A DNA stretch of 63,263 nucleotides, filler included, from Olpidium bornovanus S191 (taxonomy: Eukaryota > Fungi > Olpidiomycota): assembly GCA_017911155.1 (NCBI GenBank). It is 31 parts of 31 records of this genome, joined end to end, with 100 filler letters (N's around TTAATTAATTAA, not from the genome) between each part and the next. Parts side by side here need not be neighbours in the genome. Positions count along the whole stretch, not along the records: positions 1 to 1,902 come from JAEFCI010004266.1; positions 2,003 to 3,569 come from JAEFCI010009610.1; positions 3,670 to 5,139 come from JAEFCI010009786.1; positions 5,240 to 8,277 come from JAEFCI010007153.1; positions 8,378 to 10,381 come from JAEFCI010010174.1; positions 10,482 to 12,964 come from JAEFCI010005748.1; 25 more parts are not named here. One strand, 5' to 3'. A program made the translations under genes and the position numbers. This document shows, piece after piece, positions 1 through 10,974 of the stretch (the first letter of the stretch is position 1; each line of letters begins with the position of its first letter). The notes under the pieces are model-generated. The model saw only the letters and a list, made by a program, of their open reading frames with translations. It did not search any database and was not told the DNA's origin.

Positions 1-847
1 CATGAACGAGGGAAGGTTGGTACGCTTTGCAGTGACCTGGAGCAAGCATAGTCCGTTTGAGCGACGCCACAACTGTCATAAAAACGTCCAAGCGATCACC
101 CATACCTTAATCAACCGACCACGGAACAGAGAGTCGCTGAGAAACAGTGCGTTGCTGACAAAGCTTGCATCGGCAAATTCAACGTAAGCATACCTGTACG
201 AATGTAACTCATTGAGTTGGAAACCGTAGGACAGAACTAACAAAGGGCAGAAAGCCGCAGACGCGAAAAATACAAAAGTACCGCTTACCCCTTCGGATGA
301 CCTGTCCATTTGTCGCAAAGAATCGTCACCCGGTTGATGGTGCCGCAAGATTGGAAATGCGCCTGAATTTCCTCAGGAGTGGCCCCGTAGTCGACGTTTC
401 CGACAAATACGGACCGCGCATCGATAACCTCCTTCCCTTCTGTTCGTTCGGTGACGAAAACAAGGCAAAATGCGCGTGGAATTTTAATCGGAACAATACG
501 CTCAGATGAGGCTAACCTCCCTGCACAAGCACCGCCCTTCGTACGTCACCTTCAGCCTGCGCCTCGGTAATCTGGCTTTCTACCGACGCCTGCATCTCTC
601 TGAGCTTCGCAGCCTCTGCTTCCATCTGCTTAACGCGTTCCTTCATGGCCTCGATGTGCTGCATCGAGGAAACCGCGTGCAAATCGGGAACGCCCGGAGG
701 AGCATGACCATCGGTAATTAGGAGCATTAGGTAATTCTTATCTCTCCAGCAATAATCATCGTGCATGGCACTCACGCTCTCCTCGGTCTCCCCAACATGA
801 ACACCCTCGGTTTCAACAACGTTCATCGCGGTATGATTTTCGGACAT
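1..847 (-). CDS. PAB2: Nuclear poly(A)-binding protein 2 (PABPN1/Pab2), multi-exon, 3'-truncated at contig start
   Basis: Manually spliced exons give [22 protein letters not shown] (coiled coil), [76 protein letters not shown] and [12 protein letters not shown], the typical Pab2 RRM, with GT-AG introns. Confidence 0.95.
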
Positions 848-1902
848 CTCAGAATGTACTTTGTTTCGGCAGACGGGGTGATAGAGCATGAGAGCATACG
901 GGCCAGAGTAAGATCACGGATTTCTCGACCTTCCTTGATTTGGTGTGGACAGTTGGTGGTCGGGTGCCGAGCCGCGGCTCCTGCAAAGAGCGGCTGACAT
1001 AGGGACATCCATCGACACGGTGGACGTTCCGTCTCTTGACAGTTTAACGGTTTCTTTTGCCCACCGCAATTCGAATTGAAGGTTGGTGAGCAGGTTTGCC
1101 AATTGTGAAAGAGGTTGAAGACGTACAACTGTGTTTTTTATCTTTTCTTTTTCTCGCCCTCCCCCGTTAGTTTCTCTTTTCCCCGCGTTCCGTCTTTTTT
1201 GGGGGCGCTTTCCCTTTTTCGTGGGTCTTTTCACTGCATGTTTTAGTTCCACTTTTTTTCCGGTCCGCAAGCTGCCGAGCGCCGCGGAAACGTACGCCAG
1301 AGACGCCAATGCACAAAAATCTAAAGAAAGCAGAAAAACAACGCCTACCACTGTCAAACAGCACGGAACTCCGAGCAGTCCGCAACTGGACCTGCGTTGG
1401 CCGGTAAAGTCTGGCAGTGGCGGAACAATGAGAATTGATATGGCACCGTCCCAGCAACAATATATCTTGTGACGCTTCAACCGCGCCCGAACTCCAAATG
1501 CTTTCCGCTAGTGCAAGGTCCTGGCAGCGCACAACGAAATTCGAGAACAATAAAGAGCCCCAGCGGACGTACGTGCAGTGGGCGCCGCGTTCGATAAAGG
1601 GACAAATCTACGGCTGAGGTAGGGGGAAACAGGGGCGGTAAGTACTCCGGCGGAGCGGCGACAAGGCACAGACGCATGCGAACACGGCGGGTCAGGGACA
1701 GGTGGCGTGGGAAGCACGGTATTCCTCAAGGTACACGGTCTCCGGGGAAGGGGGGCGCATTCGCGCGATGGGAGGGGAGGAAGCGGGCAGGGCGGGGAGC
1801 ACGCGTGCGTACAAAAGCTCGCCGGGTCCGCTTGTCCACACTCTCGCCCAAGGGGAGGGCTAACAGCTGGAACGAAGAGGGAGAGGGGCGGGAGGAAGGG
1901 GG

Positions 1903-2002
1903 NNNNNNNNNNNNNNNNNNNNNNNNNNNNNNNNNNNNNNNNNNNNTTAATTAATTAANNNNNNNNNNNNNNNNNNNNNNNNNNNNNNNNNNNNNNNNNN
2001 NN
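1903..2002. other. Artificial contig-joining linker (first of 30 identical 100-bp spacers)
   Basis: 44 N + TTAATTAATTAA (stops in all six frames) + 44 N. Linkers start at 1903, 3570, 5140, 8278, 10382, 12965, 14444, 15802, 18089, 20311, 21894, 26363, 27903, 30828, 32192, 33354, 35014, 36798, 40228, 42094, 43216, 44454, 45720, 48551, 50224, 53375, 54748, 56919, 59133, 61125. Confidence 0.98.
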
Positions 2003-2059
2003 CATGAGATTCGGTTTGCGTTTTCTTTTTTTTTTTCTTCGTACGTTAAATCGCCTCGA

Positions 2060-3460
2060 AAACGCCTCGATGGCTTGCTCGTGCGCCGCCTTCGTGACCA
2101 ACCAGCGGAGAAGCACAACGATGTCTGACGCTCTGTACGGAAGATTGGGGACGAGAGGCTGACTGCCGGCGGCCGCGGGCTTTGCGTCCGAGGCGGGATG
2201 CGGCGGCGGCGGCGGCTGGGTCGGCGCGCGGCGGCTTTTCCGCAGCATCCACACGTCGAGCAGGCGATGGTAGCGGTTCAGGATGTCGTTGTGTTCGTCT
2301 GTAAGCCTGCCGGTGTGCTGCGCGAACGCGGAGTGGTACCGCGTGACGTCCTCAAGCGTCTGGCCTGGGTTTTTTTTTTTTTCATTTTTTTTAATTTTTT
2401 TTTTTTTTTTGGCGCAGAACAGGACAATCTGCGTTAAGCACTCCACCCCAAATCGTCGTCGAACTCATAATTTTTTTTCTTTTGGGCGTGTCGCATGGAA
2501 ATTTCTCGGCCCCGTACAAAATCTAATCCATCTGCTACAGACAATCGCGCGGTGGCCCTGAAGACTGTTCAGCTGGTCGTGGAAGAAGCACAGCAGGGAT
2601 TCGAGCAACGTGTCTTCCGTGAGAGTTTCCGACAGATTCCATGACGACGAAAGCTTTTTTTTTTTCGTGTCGACGCGATGTTTTGGAGGAATTGGGCGTA
2701 AGCCACCAAATCTTGTACCATTTCATCCCTGTCTTTTTTTTCTTATTCTTTTTTCTTTTTGGCCATAAAAGCAAATGCGGCCAGTAGTTCCCGCTTTCCC
2801 CTCTCCTTTCCTTCCTCCCTTCATCCCTCCACCCCCACCTCTCGATCCAGGTCCTCCGCTGAAAATCTTATCGGCGGAGGATTTCCTGAGCCCGTCATCG
2901 TGTCGTAGCGGCTTTGGCGAATCTCCTTGTAAATTTTGAACATGCTGGGAAAAAAAAATCAGAGCACTCTTCCGACCACAAAACATCCGGTAACGGGAAA
3001 ATTTTTTATTTTACCGCGCATCCCGGCCTACTCGTGGGGCAAAGGACAATAAAAAAAGGAAAACCATTTCACTCGTTGGGGGGGCCCCGCGCCCGCCCTC
3101 TTTTGCACTCACTTCATGTGCGAGATTAGGGCCAGCTTCCCGCGACGGTCCGGATTCAGCATGTTCTTTCCGCGGGATGCGAACAGAGCCGACAGGTCCT
3201 CTATGAGCTGCAGAAAACAAAAAAAAAAACAAGGAGGGATTGCGGGTCAAAAACACCGGTGGAATCGGCTTTGCGCACAAGCGCGCACGCACGCACGCAC
3301 GCACGCACCTGGTCCAGCCGGCGGTCGATCTGCGCGAGATCCTCCTTTTGCGCGGAAGGGCAGACCGGCGCCGCCAGCTCGTCCCGAGATGCCAATACCG
3401 ACGGCGGCTGGTCCGGCTCGCCGGGATCGGAATCCATCTGGAGGGCCGACATGGGATTTT
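2060..3460 (-). CDS. Probable DUF4549/CCDC162-like coiled-coil protein, internal multi-exon fragment
   Basis: Exons translate to QIDRRLDQ/LIEDLSALFASRGKNML, MFKIYKEIRQSRYDT, DEMVQDLVAYAQFLQNI, LLCFFHDQLNSLQGHRAIVCSRWIRF, LTDEHNDILNRYHRLL and SDIVVLLRWLV. The RWxRF...EyND...R..RL...LRWLV pattern recalls DUF4549; recalled from memory, not searched. Confidence 0.5.
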
Positions 3461-3831
3461 TCTTTGGCTTCCCCCCACGCGCCTTTCCCACCGGAAAGCG
3501 GGCTGTATTTTTTTATGTGTTTGCGGCTTTCGTTTGGTGTTCTCTTCTCGCTGAAACCCGATCAACAACNNNNNNNNNNNNNNNNNNNNNNNNNNNNNNN
3601 NNNNNNNNNNNNNTTAATTAATTAANNNNNNNNNNNNNNNNNNNNNNNNNNNNNNNNNNNNNNNNNNNNGCCCCTGCGTTTTCCCGTTCTGTCTCGCCCG
3701 GCACCGGGGGGTTCTCTCGCCTGGCCGGCTCACCGGTTTCCCACTTCCCCCCCCCTCCTCCATTTCTTTTTTTCCAGGGCGACACTCCAGTAAGTGCGCA
3801 GGCTCGGCCCGCTGCAGCGTACGTCAAGTCG

Positions 3832-5139
3832 TTGCCCGCCGGCGCGGCCGCCGTTTCATCCCCCTGCGACGGTGGAATCGCGGTTGACGAGAGTCGTTCC
3901 GGCCTTGCGGCCGGAGAGAGCGACGAAGGGGAAACCGGGGAAGAGGAAAGCGCCGACGAGTCGCAAGCGGCCGAGGGTGAAGCAGACGAAAGCGATGGTA
4001 ACGAGAGCGAGGATTTTGAGGGCGAGGACGACGGACACTACGTTGAGGACGACTACATTGAGAACGACGCGTTCCCGGAAGAAGAGGACCGGCGGGAGGA
4101 GGTTGCAGTCGACGACGACGAGGACGAGGAAGACGGCGTTGGGGACGCTGCGGCCGTGCGCGGCAAGAAACGCAAGGGCCTGTACGGCGTGCCGTCCAAC
4201 GAAGAACTGCAGGGCCTGAAGGAGACGAGCGAGCTCTTCAAGTCCAACCTGTTTAAGTTCCAGCTCGACGAGCTGCTGGCGGAGGTACGGTACGACTACG
4301 CGAAAGCCAAGTCCCTCGACGCTGCTCTCGTCAAACTGAAAGACGTCCTTGACTCGGCCGTCGACAGGCCGGGACTGCTGGCAAGTGTTTGCGCTTTCTC
4401 GCGGCCGGGCCGCTCGCCGCATTACTTGTGGAGGCTAACGTTCCTTCCAAAAACAGCCTTCCGAGGCGGCCGGCTCTCTGCTGGGCGAGGGGATCACCGT
4501 CCCGTTTCCGACCCCAGGACCTCCCGCGAACGCCCAGTACAAACTCGCATTTATGGCCCCGGCATCAATACGCGTGGTTGGCAGCTACCCTCTCAAGGCC
4601 GTCGCCGTCACCAAACACAGGTTCAACGTCGACGTCACGGTCGAGATGCCGAAGGAGTTGTTTCAAGAGAAGGACCGTGTGAACCACCGGTACTTCTACA
4701 AGAGGGCCTACTACCTGGCAGTCATTGCTGCCGAACTGTCGAAACCCGAGCGAGGTTTCCCGGGAGCAAAGCTCGAATTCTGCACGGACGACGACGATGA
4801 TCCCCGGCGGCCGATTCTGCTGCTGCGTCCCTCTGGAGGTAGAGTGGTGGCGGCGTTGTTAAGGCCGGTCTGTCGGCGCTTCCTTCTCGCCTTCCGCTTA
4901 CCTACGGGAAAACCATACCCCCACAGATCGCTCGCCGACGGACTTTTCGAAAGCAAGATGCGTTATCCGGATTTTGCCGATCGTGTCGCCCGAGGTTTTT
5001 CCGTCCTCGAAGCTGGCGCCGGCGAAAAACAACGTCCGGCCGCCCGCCGACACCTCCGCCGCCGGGCACGGGACCCCCGGCGACGGCGGCAGCAATCCGC
5101 CGACGCCGCTCTACAATTCTTCCCTTCTCCGCGACATGA
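3832..5139 (+). CDS. UTP22: U3 snoRNP-associated Nrap protein Utp22/NOL6, N-terminal part
   Basis: Acidic N-terminus, then PSNEELQGLKETSELFKSNLFKFQLDELLAEV, VVGSYPLK...NVDVTVEMPKELFQEKDRVNHRYFYKRAYYLAVIAA, RRPILLLRP and KLAPAKNNVRP...PTPLYNSSLLRD. Start uncertain; truncated at linker. Confidence 0.95.
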
Positions 5140-5682
5140 NNNNNNNNNNNNNNNNNNNNNNNNNNNNNNNNNNNNNNNNNNNNTTAATTAATTAANNNNN
5201 NNNNNNNNNNNNNNNNNNNNNNNNNNNNNNNNNNNNNNNACCTTAGGAAACGAAGTTGAACAGTGGTGGCGGTTGGGGGGGACATGCGTAGAAAACCATG
5301 TGGCAGCGACAAATAAAAAACGGGCTTCTCCTTTGATACATAAAAAAGGAGAAAAAAAAAGATGGCCTACGATCCAGAGATTTGACAAAAAAGAACAATA
5401 AAGCAAAAAAGAACCGGGGTTGGGGGGGGAGGAAGAGGGGGATAATCCAAATGGATGGATTGGCCGTGGCTTGCACGGACGGGGTGGGGTGGGGTGTGGG
5501 AGGGGAGAGGTGGGGGCGGGGGTAAAGAGGGGGGAAAGGCGCCAAAATAATCTCAAAATTGTCGCGAAGGCTCGCGTTTAATCGGACGCGCGCCCGGGGG
5601 TCTCCGTTCGCGATTTAGGGGAGGATTGCCGGCCGGGAGACCGGCCCTGGCGGCCGCGACCGTCGTCCTCCGCGCCGCCCGC

Positions 5683-7806
5683 CTAGCTGTCGCTGTATCC
5701 GGCGGCGTTTTCGTTCTCCTCCCCCTCGTCGTCAGGCGCCCGGCCGGCGCCCGCGTCGCGGCCCGCGCCGGAGAGGTCGCCGCCGACCGCGGCCGCTTCG
5801 TCCTCGGCGGGCGCATCGTCGTCGTCGTCGTTCGCGGGCTCGTCGCCGCGGATCTCGGGCGCTCCGCCGTCCGGGGGCGGCGCGGAAGGGCCCAAAGCCT
5901 CGGCAGCGGCCTTCGACTCGGGAGCGGATCCGAGGGTCTCGGCGGTTTCGGTTTCGCCGGGGCGTGCAGAAGCGGGGCTCGTGCGGATGGGTGCGGTCCG
6001 CCCGCCGGAAACTCCGCCCGAGCCGGCGACCGTCCGGGTGCGATCGCCGCCGGTCCCGCCGACGGCCGTCGTTGCGGTATCGAGCTCCGATACCGGAGTC
6101 TCCGAATCCTGGCCGACTGTTGCACCGCTGTTCGCGGCAGGCACGCTTCCCTCGTCCACGTCGACCCCGTCGGCATCTTCGGCTGGCCCCTGAGTCCCGC
6201 CGACCGTATTCTCGGTACCAGCGCCGCCGTTCTCGCCCGCGTCGTCTGCGCTGCCGCCTCCGCCTACCTGAACGGCCGGATCGCCGCCTGCAGTCCCTGT
6301 GAGGCTCCGCGAGGGGGGATCACCAGTATCTTCCACGGTGTCATTCTCTTCTTCTAGACCCGCAGTCCTGCTGTCACCTTCCTCTGGTCCCTCAGCCTTC
6401 TCCACGGCGCCGTCAACGCGCTCCGGTCCTTCTGGCTTTTTCACGGCGTCTTCACCTTTCATCACTCCCTCGGTCGTTTCCACGGCGTCATCGCTTTCCT
6501 GCTCACCGGCAGTTTCTTCCGCAGCGTCTTCGTCGTCATTGGCTTCCTTGGCCTTTTCCACGGCGTCGCCGTCGTCCTCGGCGTCCTGGGCTTTTTCAAC
6601 GGCGTCGCCGTCGTCCTCGGCTTCCTCCGCCTTATCCACGGCGTCGCCGTCGTCCTCGGCTTCCTCAACCGTTTCCACGGCGTCGCCACTTTGCTCCGCT
6701 CCCTCCGGTGTGACTGTCTCGCCGCTTCCATTGCCCGCTTCTTCATCGTGTGCTACGACCTTGGCTGCCGGATCGACCGTAACCCCGGCCGTCCGAGTCG
6801 GCTCGAGTTCTGCGGGTGCATAATTATTTAACATTAAAATAATATTATTAAATTTACGTTGTTTTAATACAGCATGCGCATGCGTGTGTACAAATAAATG
6901 CGAATTAATCATCAGTGCGAATACACGTCCGAGCGGTCTCACCGGGGGTGGTTTCCAGCAGGGCTCCTTCGGGCGAACTCACGTTGTCGTCGTCATCGTT
7001 GCCGTCTAGTGTGCCGGGGATTTCGGTATCGTCTAAATCGGGCGCGTCGAATGCGTCTACGGAAGCCAGCGGGTCAGGAGCCAAAACGTTCGGCGGTTCG
7101 GCGCCCCCGTCTTTGTTCGATCCGGCAGCCGGGACGCCGGCGATCTCGTCGGCAAGAGCGGGTCCAGGCTCGATTTGATCCTTTTTCGTCAACAGGCGCC
7201 AGGGGTCCAAAGAGTTTTTTTTTTTTTTTTTGATTGAACGGAAACAAATTGGCCGCGCGCTCACACGCGGAGAGCCGAAGCCGGACGGAGGCGGTTCAAA
7301 CCGTTTCGCGCGCTCACCGCCGCATCCTGGGCCGCGCTCTCGGCTTCGTCTTCGTCTGCCGTCGGAGGAGGAGGGGGGGCCGGCCGCGCTGGCAAAAGGC
7401 CGGATTCCTCGCCTGCCGGCGCGTCCGGCCCGGACGCGCCGCCTGCGCGCAGAGCGACCGCCCTGTCCGGCGGCGGCGGCGCCGCCGCCGCGGTCCAGCC
7501 GGATCTCGCGCCGGGGCCCGGGAGGCTCCGGCCGGCGCGGTCCCCCGGCGGCAGGATCACGATGAGCGAGAAGCCGATCGCAAGCAGCGCGGCGGCCAAG
7601 AGCGTGGTCCTCGAGCGGGGCCGGAGCAGCAGGGTTTGCAGCTGGCCGTGAGGACGCTTCTTCTGCGTGGGGGGGTAGGGACGCGGGTCGAAGGCGACGT
7701 GCTCCAGCTCCTCGAACGGCCGGCGGTGATCGGGGTCTTCGGCGGCGCCGAGGTCGCCGCGCTGGGGCCGGAGAAGCTCGTATTCCGGCAGGTTCCTGGC
7801 CGCCAT
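5683..7806 (-). CDS. Hypothetical type II membrane protein with a long acidic low-complexity, presumably luminal or extracellular region (probably 3 exons)
   Basis: ORF 7261-7806 has a basic N-tail then a hydrophobic segment TTLLAAALLAIGFSLIVILPP. ORFs 6905-7264 and 5683-6942 continue the D/E/A/G/P-rich composition; intron-like GTGAG...AG segments near 7170-7257 and 6815-6940. Confidence 0.55.
6370..6690 (-). repeat. 39-bp (13-aa) coding tandem repeat, consensus AEDDGDAVEKAEE, about 8 units degenerating outward
   Basis: Plus-strand unit ggcttcct..gccttttccacggcgtcgccgtcgtcctc repeated; translation AEDDGDAVDKAEE / AEDDGDAVEKAQD / AEDDGDAVEKAKE / ANDDEDAAEETAG / EQESDDAVETTEG / VMKGEDAVKKPEG / PERVDGAVEKAEG. 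Confidence 0.85.
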
Positions 7807-8169
7807 AGTCCGGGGTGCGCGTGTGGGGAAAGGGGGGGGGAGTAGGGAAGGGGCGAGAGAGGTCTTGGGTGTCTATGCTGCCGCGGCTGACTTCCGGCCG
7901 CTGCCGGGACGGGCGGAGGGGCGCGCGTATCTCTTCTGCGCGCTCTCCTTCCCGCTCTGGCTCGTCGCCGTGCGTCGCCGCCGCGGTCCTCCTCTCTTTT
8001 TTTTTTTTTCTCTACGGCGTCTATGTATTTCTCCGGCGGGACGGATGTATGCGTGTAGTGTGGGCCGCGGGACGCTGCGGGGCGGGCGGGGGTGCGGGCG
8101 GGGCGGGGCGGGCAAGGGGGGGGGGCGGGGAGAGCACGCGCGCGTTCGCACGTTTTGGTTGTTAGCGCG

Positions 8170-8173
<4 letters not shown>

Positions 8174-8201
<28 letters not shown>

Positions 8202-8242
8202 GCGCGTGAAGAGACAGAGGAAGAGAGAGAGAGATGAGAGAC

Positions 8243-8277
<35 letters not shown>
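8174..8277. repeat. (CT)n and (AG)n microsatellites at contig end
   Basis: Directly visible dinucleotide runs. Confidence 0.95.
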
Positions 8278-8377
8278 NNNNNNNNNNNNNNNNNNNNNNN
8301 NNNNNNNNNNNNNNNNNNNNNTTAATTAATTAANNNNNNNNNNNNNNNNNNNNNNNNNNNNNNNNNNNNNNNNNNNN

Positions 8378-10009
8378 CATGATGATGGCGAGCGCGGCCA
8401 TTTCCAGCGCCACGAAGAAAACGAGCGTCCAGAAGACGTACGACGCTCCGATCATCGAGTTCCGCGCGCACGCCAGGAGCCCCGCCCGCTTCTGCTCCGG
8501 CGGGCTCAGGTCTAGGTCCGGGGGAGCTTGCGACCTGACGTGCGCCAGCCGCCGCTGCGCCTCGCCAAGCATTTTTTCGGACTCCTGGAGATCTCGGACG
8601 GTGGACTCCAGCTTGCTGGAGAGCCGCGAGGCGGTTTGCTGAAAAATACGAACACGGAATAGCGGGCGGGGTCAGCGCCGGTTGACAGTCGTTGCTCCCG
8701 CGAGTGGATCGAGCGCGAAGGTCCGGATAACGACCAGGTTCCTTATTTTTTTTAAAAAAAAAAAAGGATGAGGAAAAACAAAGACAAACCTTCGCGGCAT
8801 TTGACTGTCCCTGCATCTGCAGCAACTTGCTGTCCAACTGGGTTGCTTTCCGGGTATCGATTTCGACATCCGTGAACCTTGTTCCCGGATAAAGTTGCTT
8901 CCGGAGTTCGCTGCGGCAAAAAAAGAAAGAATGAAAGAAAAATAAAACACCGTTGTTTTCAGCGCTGCTCGCATCTAAGCCTTTTCCTGGGGGCGAGCGC
9001 AGGCGATCGCCGGCACAGGCCGACGCCCGCGGCCTGCGAACGAAAAGCGGCACTCACCTCGTAAGGTTATGCTCGTCTTTTAGCCGGTCCACAACTTGTT
9101 GTATTTGCTCGAGGAAGGCAATGATGCTCTGGTACGGGTCGGCGTTCGCTTTCTCGTCGACTCTCGCAACGCCGACAACATCCTCCTCGTCGTCACCGAC
9201 GGCGTAGTCACCGAGTCTTGCATCCGACTTGAAATCCTGCATCACCACGAAGGAGAGGTCATCTCGCCCCTTCGAAACGTTCGGCGACTCGATTCGCACC
9301 GTCTTCCTCGGCGCCGGTTGCGCGCCAGCGCGGGCCGGAATTGGCGACCCCGGCGGCGTCGTCGGCCCGCCGTTTCCGCCTTTCGGAGATCCCCGTTCCG
9401 AATCTCCGTCGCCTTCCATCGAATCGTCAGACGGGGACGCGCGCACCACGTAGTGTTTCAACTTGGAAGGAGTGTACGTGCTGGTCTTTCCGCCGAATCG
9501 GTGGGCGACTCCCGTTCCGAACGGCGTTGCTGACGTGAAAGCGGATGCCCTCGGCGGAGTCGTTTGCGAAATATTCGACGGCGACCCCTGTGGGTCAGGG
9601 CCAAATGTTTAGCAGATCCCGGTGCGGGAAAACCGCCTCGCCTGGTCCGTTCCGAAGAAGTCGTGTCGCGGTGCAGGCTCACCGCCATGAGCTTGCCCAG
9701 CGCGACGGACCCTTCCGCGGATCCCGAGTGGTTCTGCGACGGCTCGGGGAGCTCCTCGTCCAGCTCGAGGTCGCCGCGGAATATCGGCGAGTCCGTCATC
9801 GTCGGCCCCGGCCTAACCGGCGTCTCGGCGGAGCTCGTCCCCGCCTTCGGGCCGTGACGCGGAGTTCCGAGCAACGCCGCCGTCGAAAAAAATTCCCGCC
9901 TCTTCGACGCCTCCAGGTTTCCCTTCGCGCCGACACCGGCCCCGCGCGGTCCCGGGCCGACCCCGCTCTCCAGCCCGAAAAACTGCTCGTCCAGGAGCGG
10001 CTTCAGCAA
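8378..10009 (-). CDS. Hypothetical multi-exon coiled-coil protein with C-terminal transmembrane segment (tail-anchor-like), partial
   Basis: Exons YQSIIAFLEQIQQVVDRLKDEHNLT, SELRKQLYPG...ATQLDSKLLQMQ and SKLESTVRDLQESEKMLGEAQRRLAHV, ending SYVFWTLVFFVALEMAALAIIM at the linker; family not recognised. Confidence 0.5.
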
Positions 10010-10555
10010 TTCCCTGCTCTCGAACGCCGAAGGCTGCTGCTGAGGCCGCGCCGGCGTCGACGGAAACTTTCCGGGAATTCCGAGAGACTCGTTCGGCGTG
10101 GACGTCCCGACGACGACGCCGAAAGCCGACCCGGTCTTGGGAAACGCAGGGCCGCGACGGGGTTTGAAGCTACCAGATCAGCCGCCCGCTCCCCCGTTTT
10201 TTTGTTGTTTTTGCGGACCACCCGGAAAAGCCCCCGACGCTAGCACAAGGCGGGAGGCGGGAGGGGGAGTGGGACGGGCGTACCTCCGACGACGCGGACA
10301 ACGCCCTGAGCACGTCCATCGTTTCGTTCGGGGACGTCGTCTACGAAACGCGGGTGCGAGACCACGCACGGGAGGGGAGGCNNNNNNNNNNNNNNNNNNN
10401 NNNNNNNNNNNNNNNNNNNNNNNNNTTAATTAATTAANNNNNNNNNNNNNNNNNNNNNNNNNNNNNNNNNNNNNNNNNNNNATCTGCACCAACGCTTCTC
10501 TTCCTTTTTTCGACCTTTACGCAAAAAAAAATAACAAAATAAAAAATAAAAAAAG

Positions 10556-10974
10556 GTTACTCCGGTTCAGACATATGCTTAGTGTGCAAGGAGTCGGCCA
10601 TGCGCCCTCTACGACGCATTTTCAAGCAGCTGGAGGTCGAAGCGGGCTCGTCGGGCGACGATTCTTCGGGTACTCTCGAAATCGCACGCTTGTTTCCACT
10701 CCCCCTCCCCCCCACGGATCACACGTTTACAAGGAACAACTTCTAACCCCTTTTCCCCCGCCATCCACAAACATACACGCACACTCACCTCTCTCGTGGG
10801 GTGGACTTTCGTTTTCTTTTTCCTCCCGGGTTCTCAGGAGCGCCTGCATCGGTGCGCCGCGACCTCATCACGTCTGCAGACGTCCAGGAGGCCGTCAGAG
10901 GGACCCGGCCGTCGTGTCCCGCAAGCATCGTCAGGAAATATATCCGGTGGCAAGAAGAGTTCGGCAGCGTATAG
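10556..10974 (+). CDS. KATNAL2: Katanin p60-like AAA ATPase (KATNAL2-type), last two exons
   Basis: [27 protein letters not shown], then [35 protein letters not shown], the characteristic katanin/KATNAL2 C-terminus. Read in frames only partly covered by the ORF track. Confidence 0.85.

Noticed and set aside
1131-1700. A gene upstream of PAB2 (ERG28-like or other)
   Set aside because: No frame gave a convincing family motif.
1903-2002. TTAATTAATTAA repeated at 1-4 kb intervals as a biological repeat or CRISPR-like array
   Set aside because: Always flanked by exactly 44 N on each side and encodes stops in six frames: a synthetic linker.
5683-5685. Non-standard nuclear genetic code (TAG or TAA read as sense)
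   Set aside because: TAG ends KATNAL2, RPP1 and the AAA ATPase, and TAA ends H1 and MDH, at their expected C-termini; internal stops are confined to decayed sequences.
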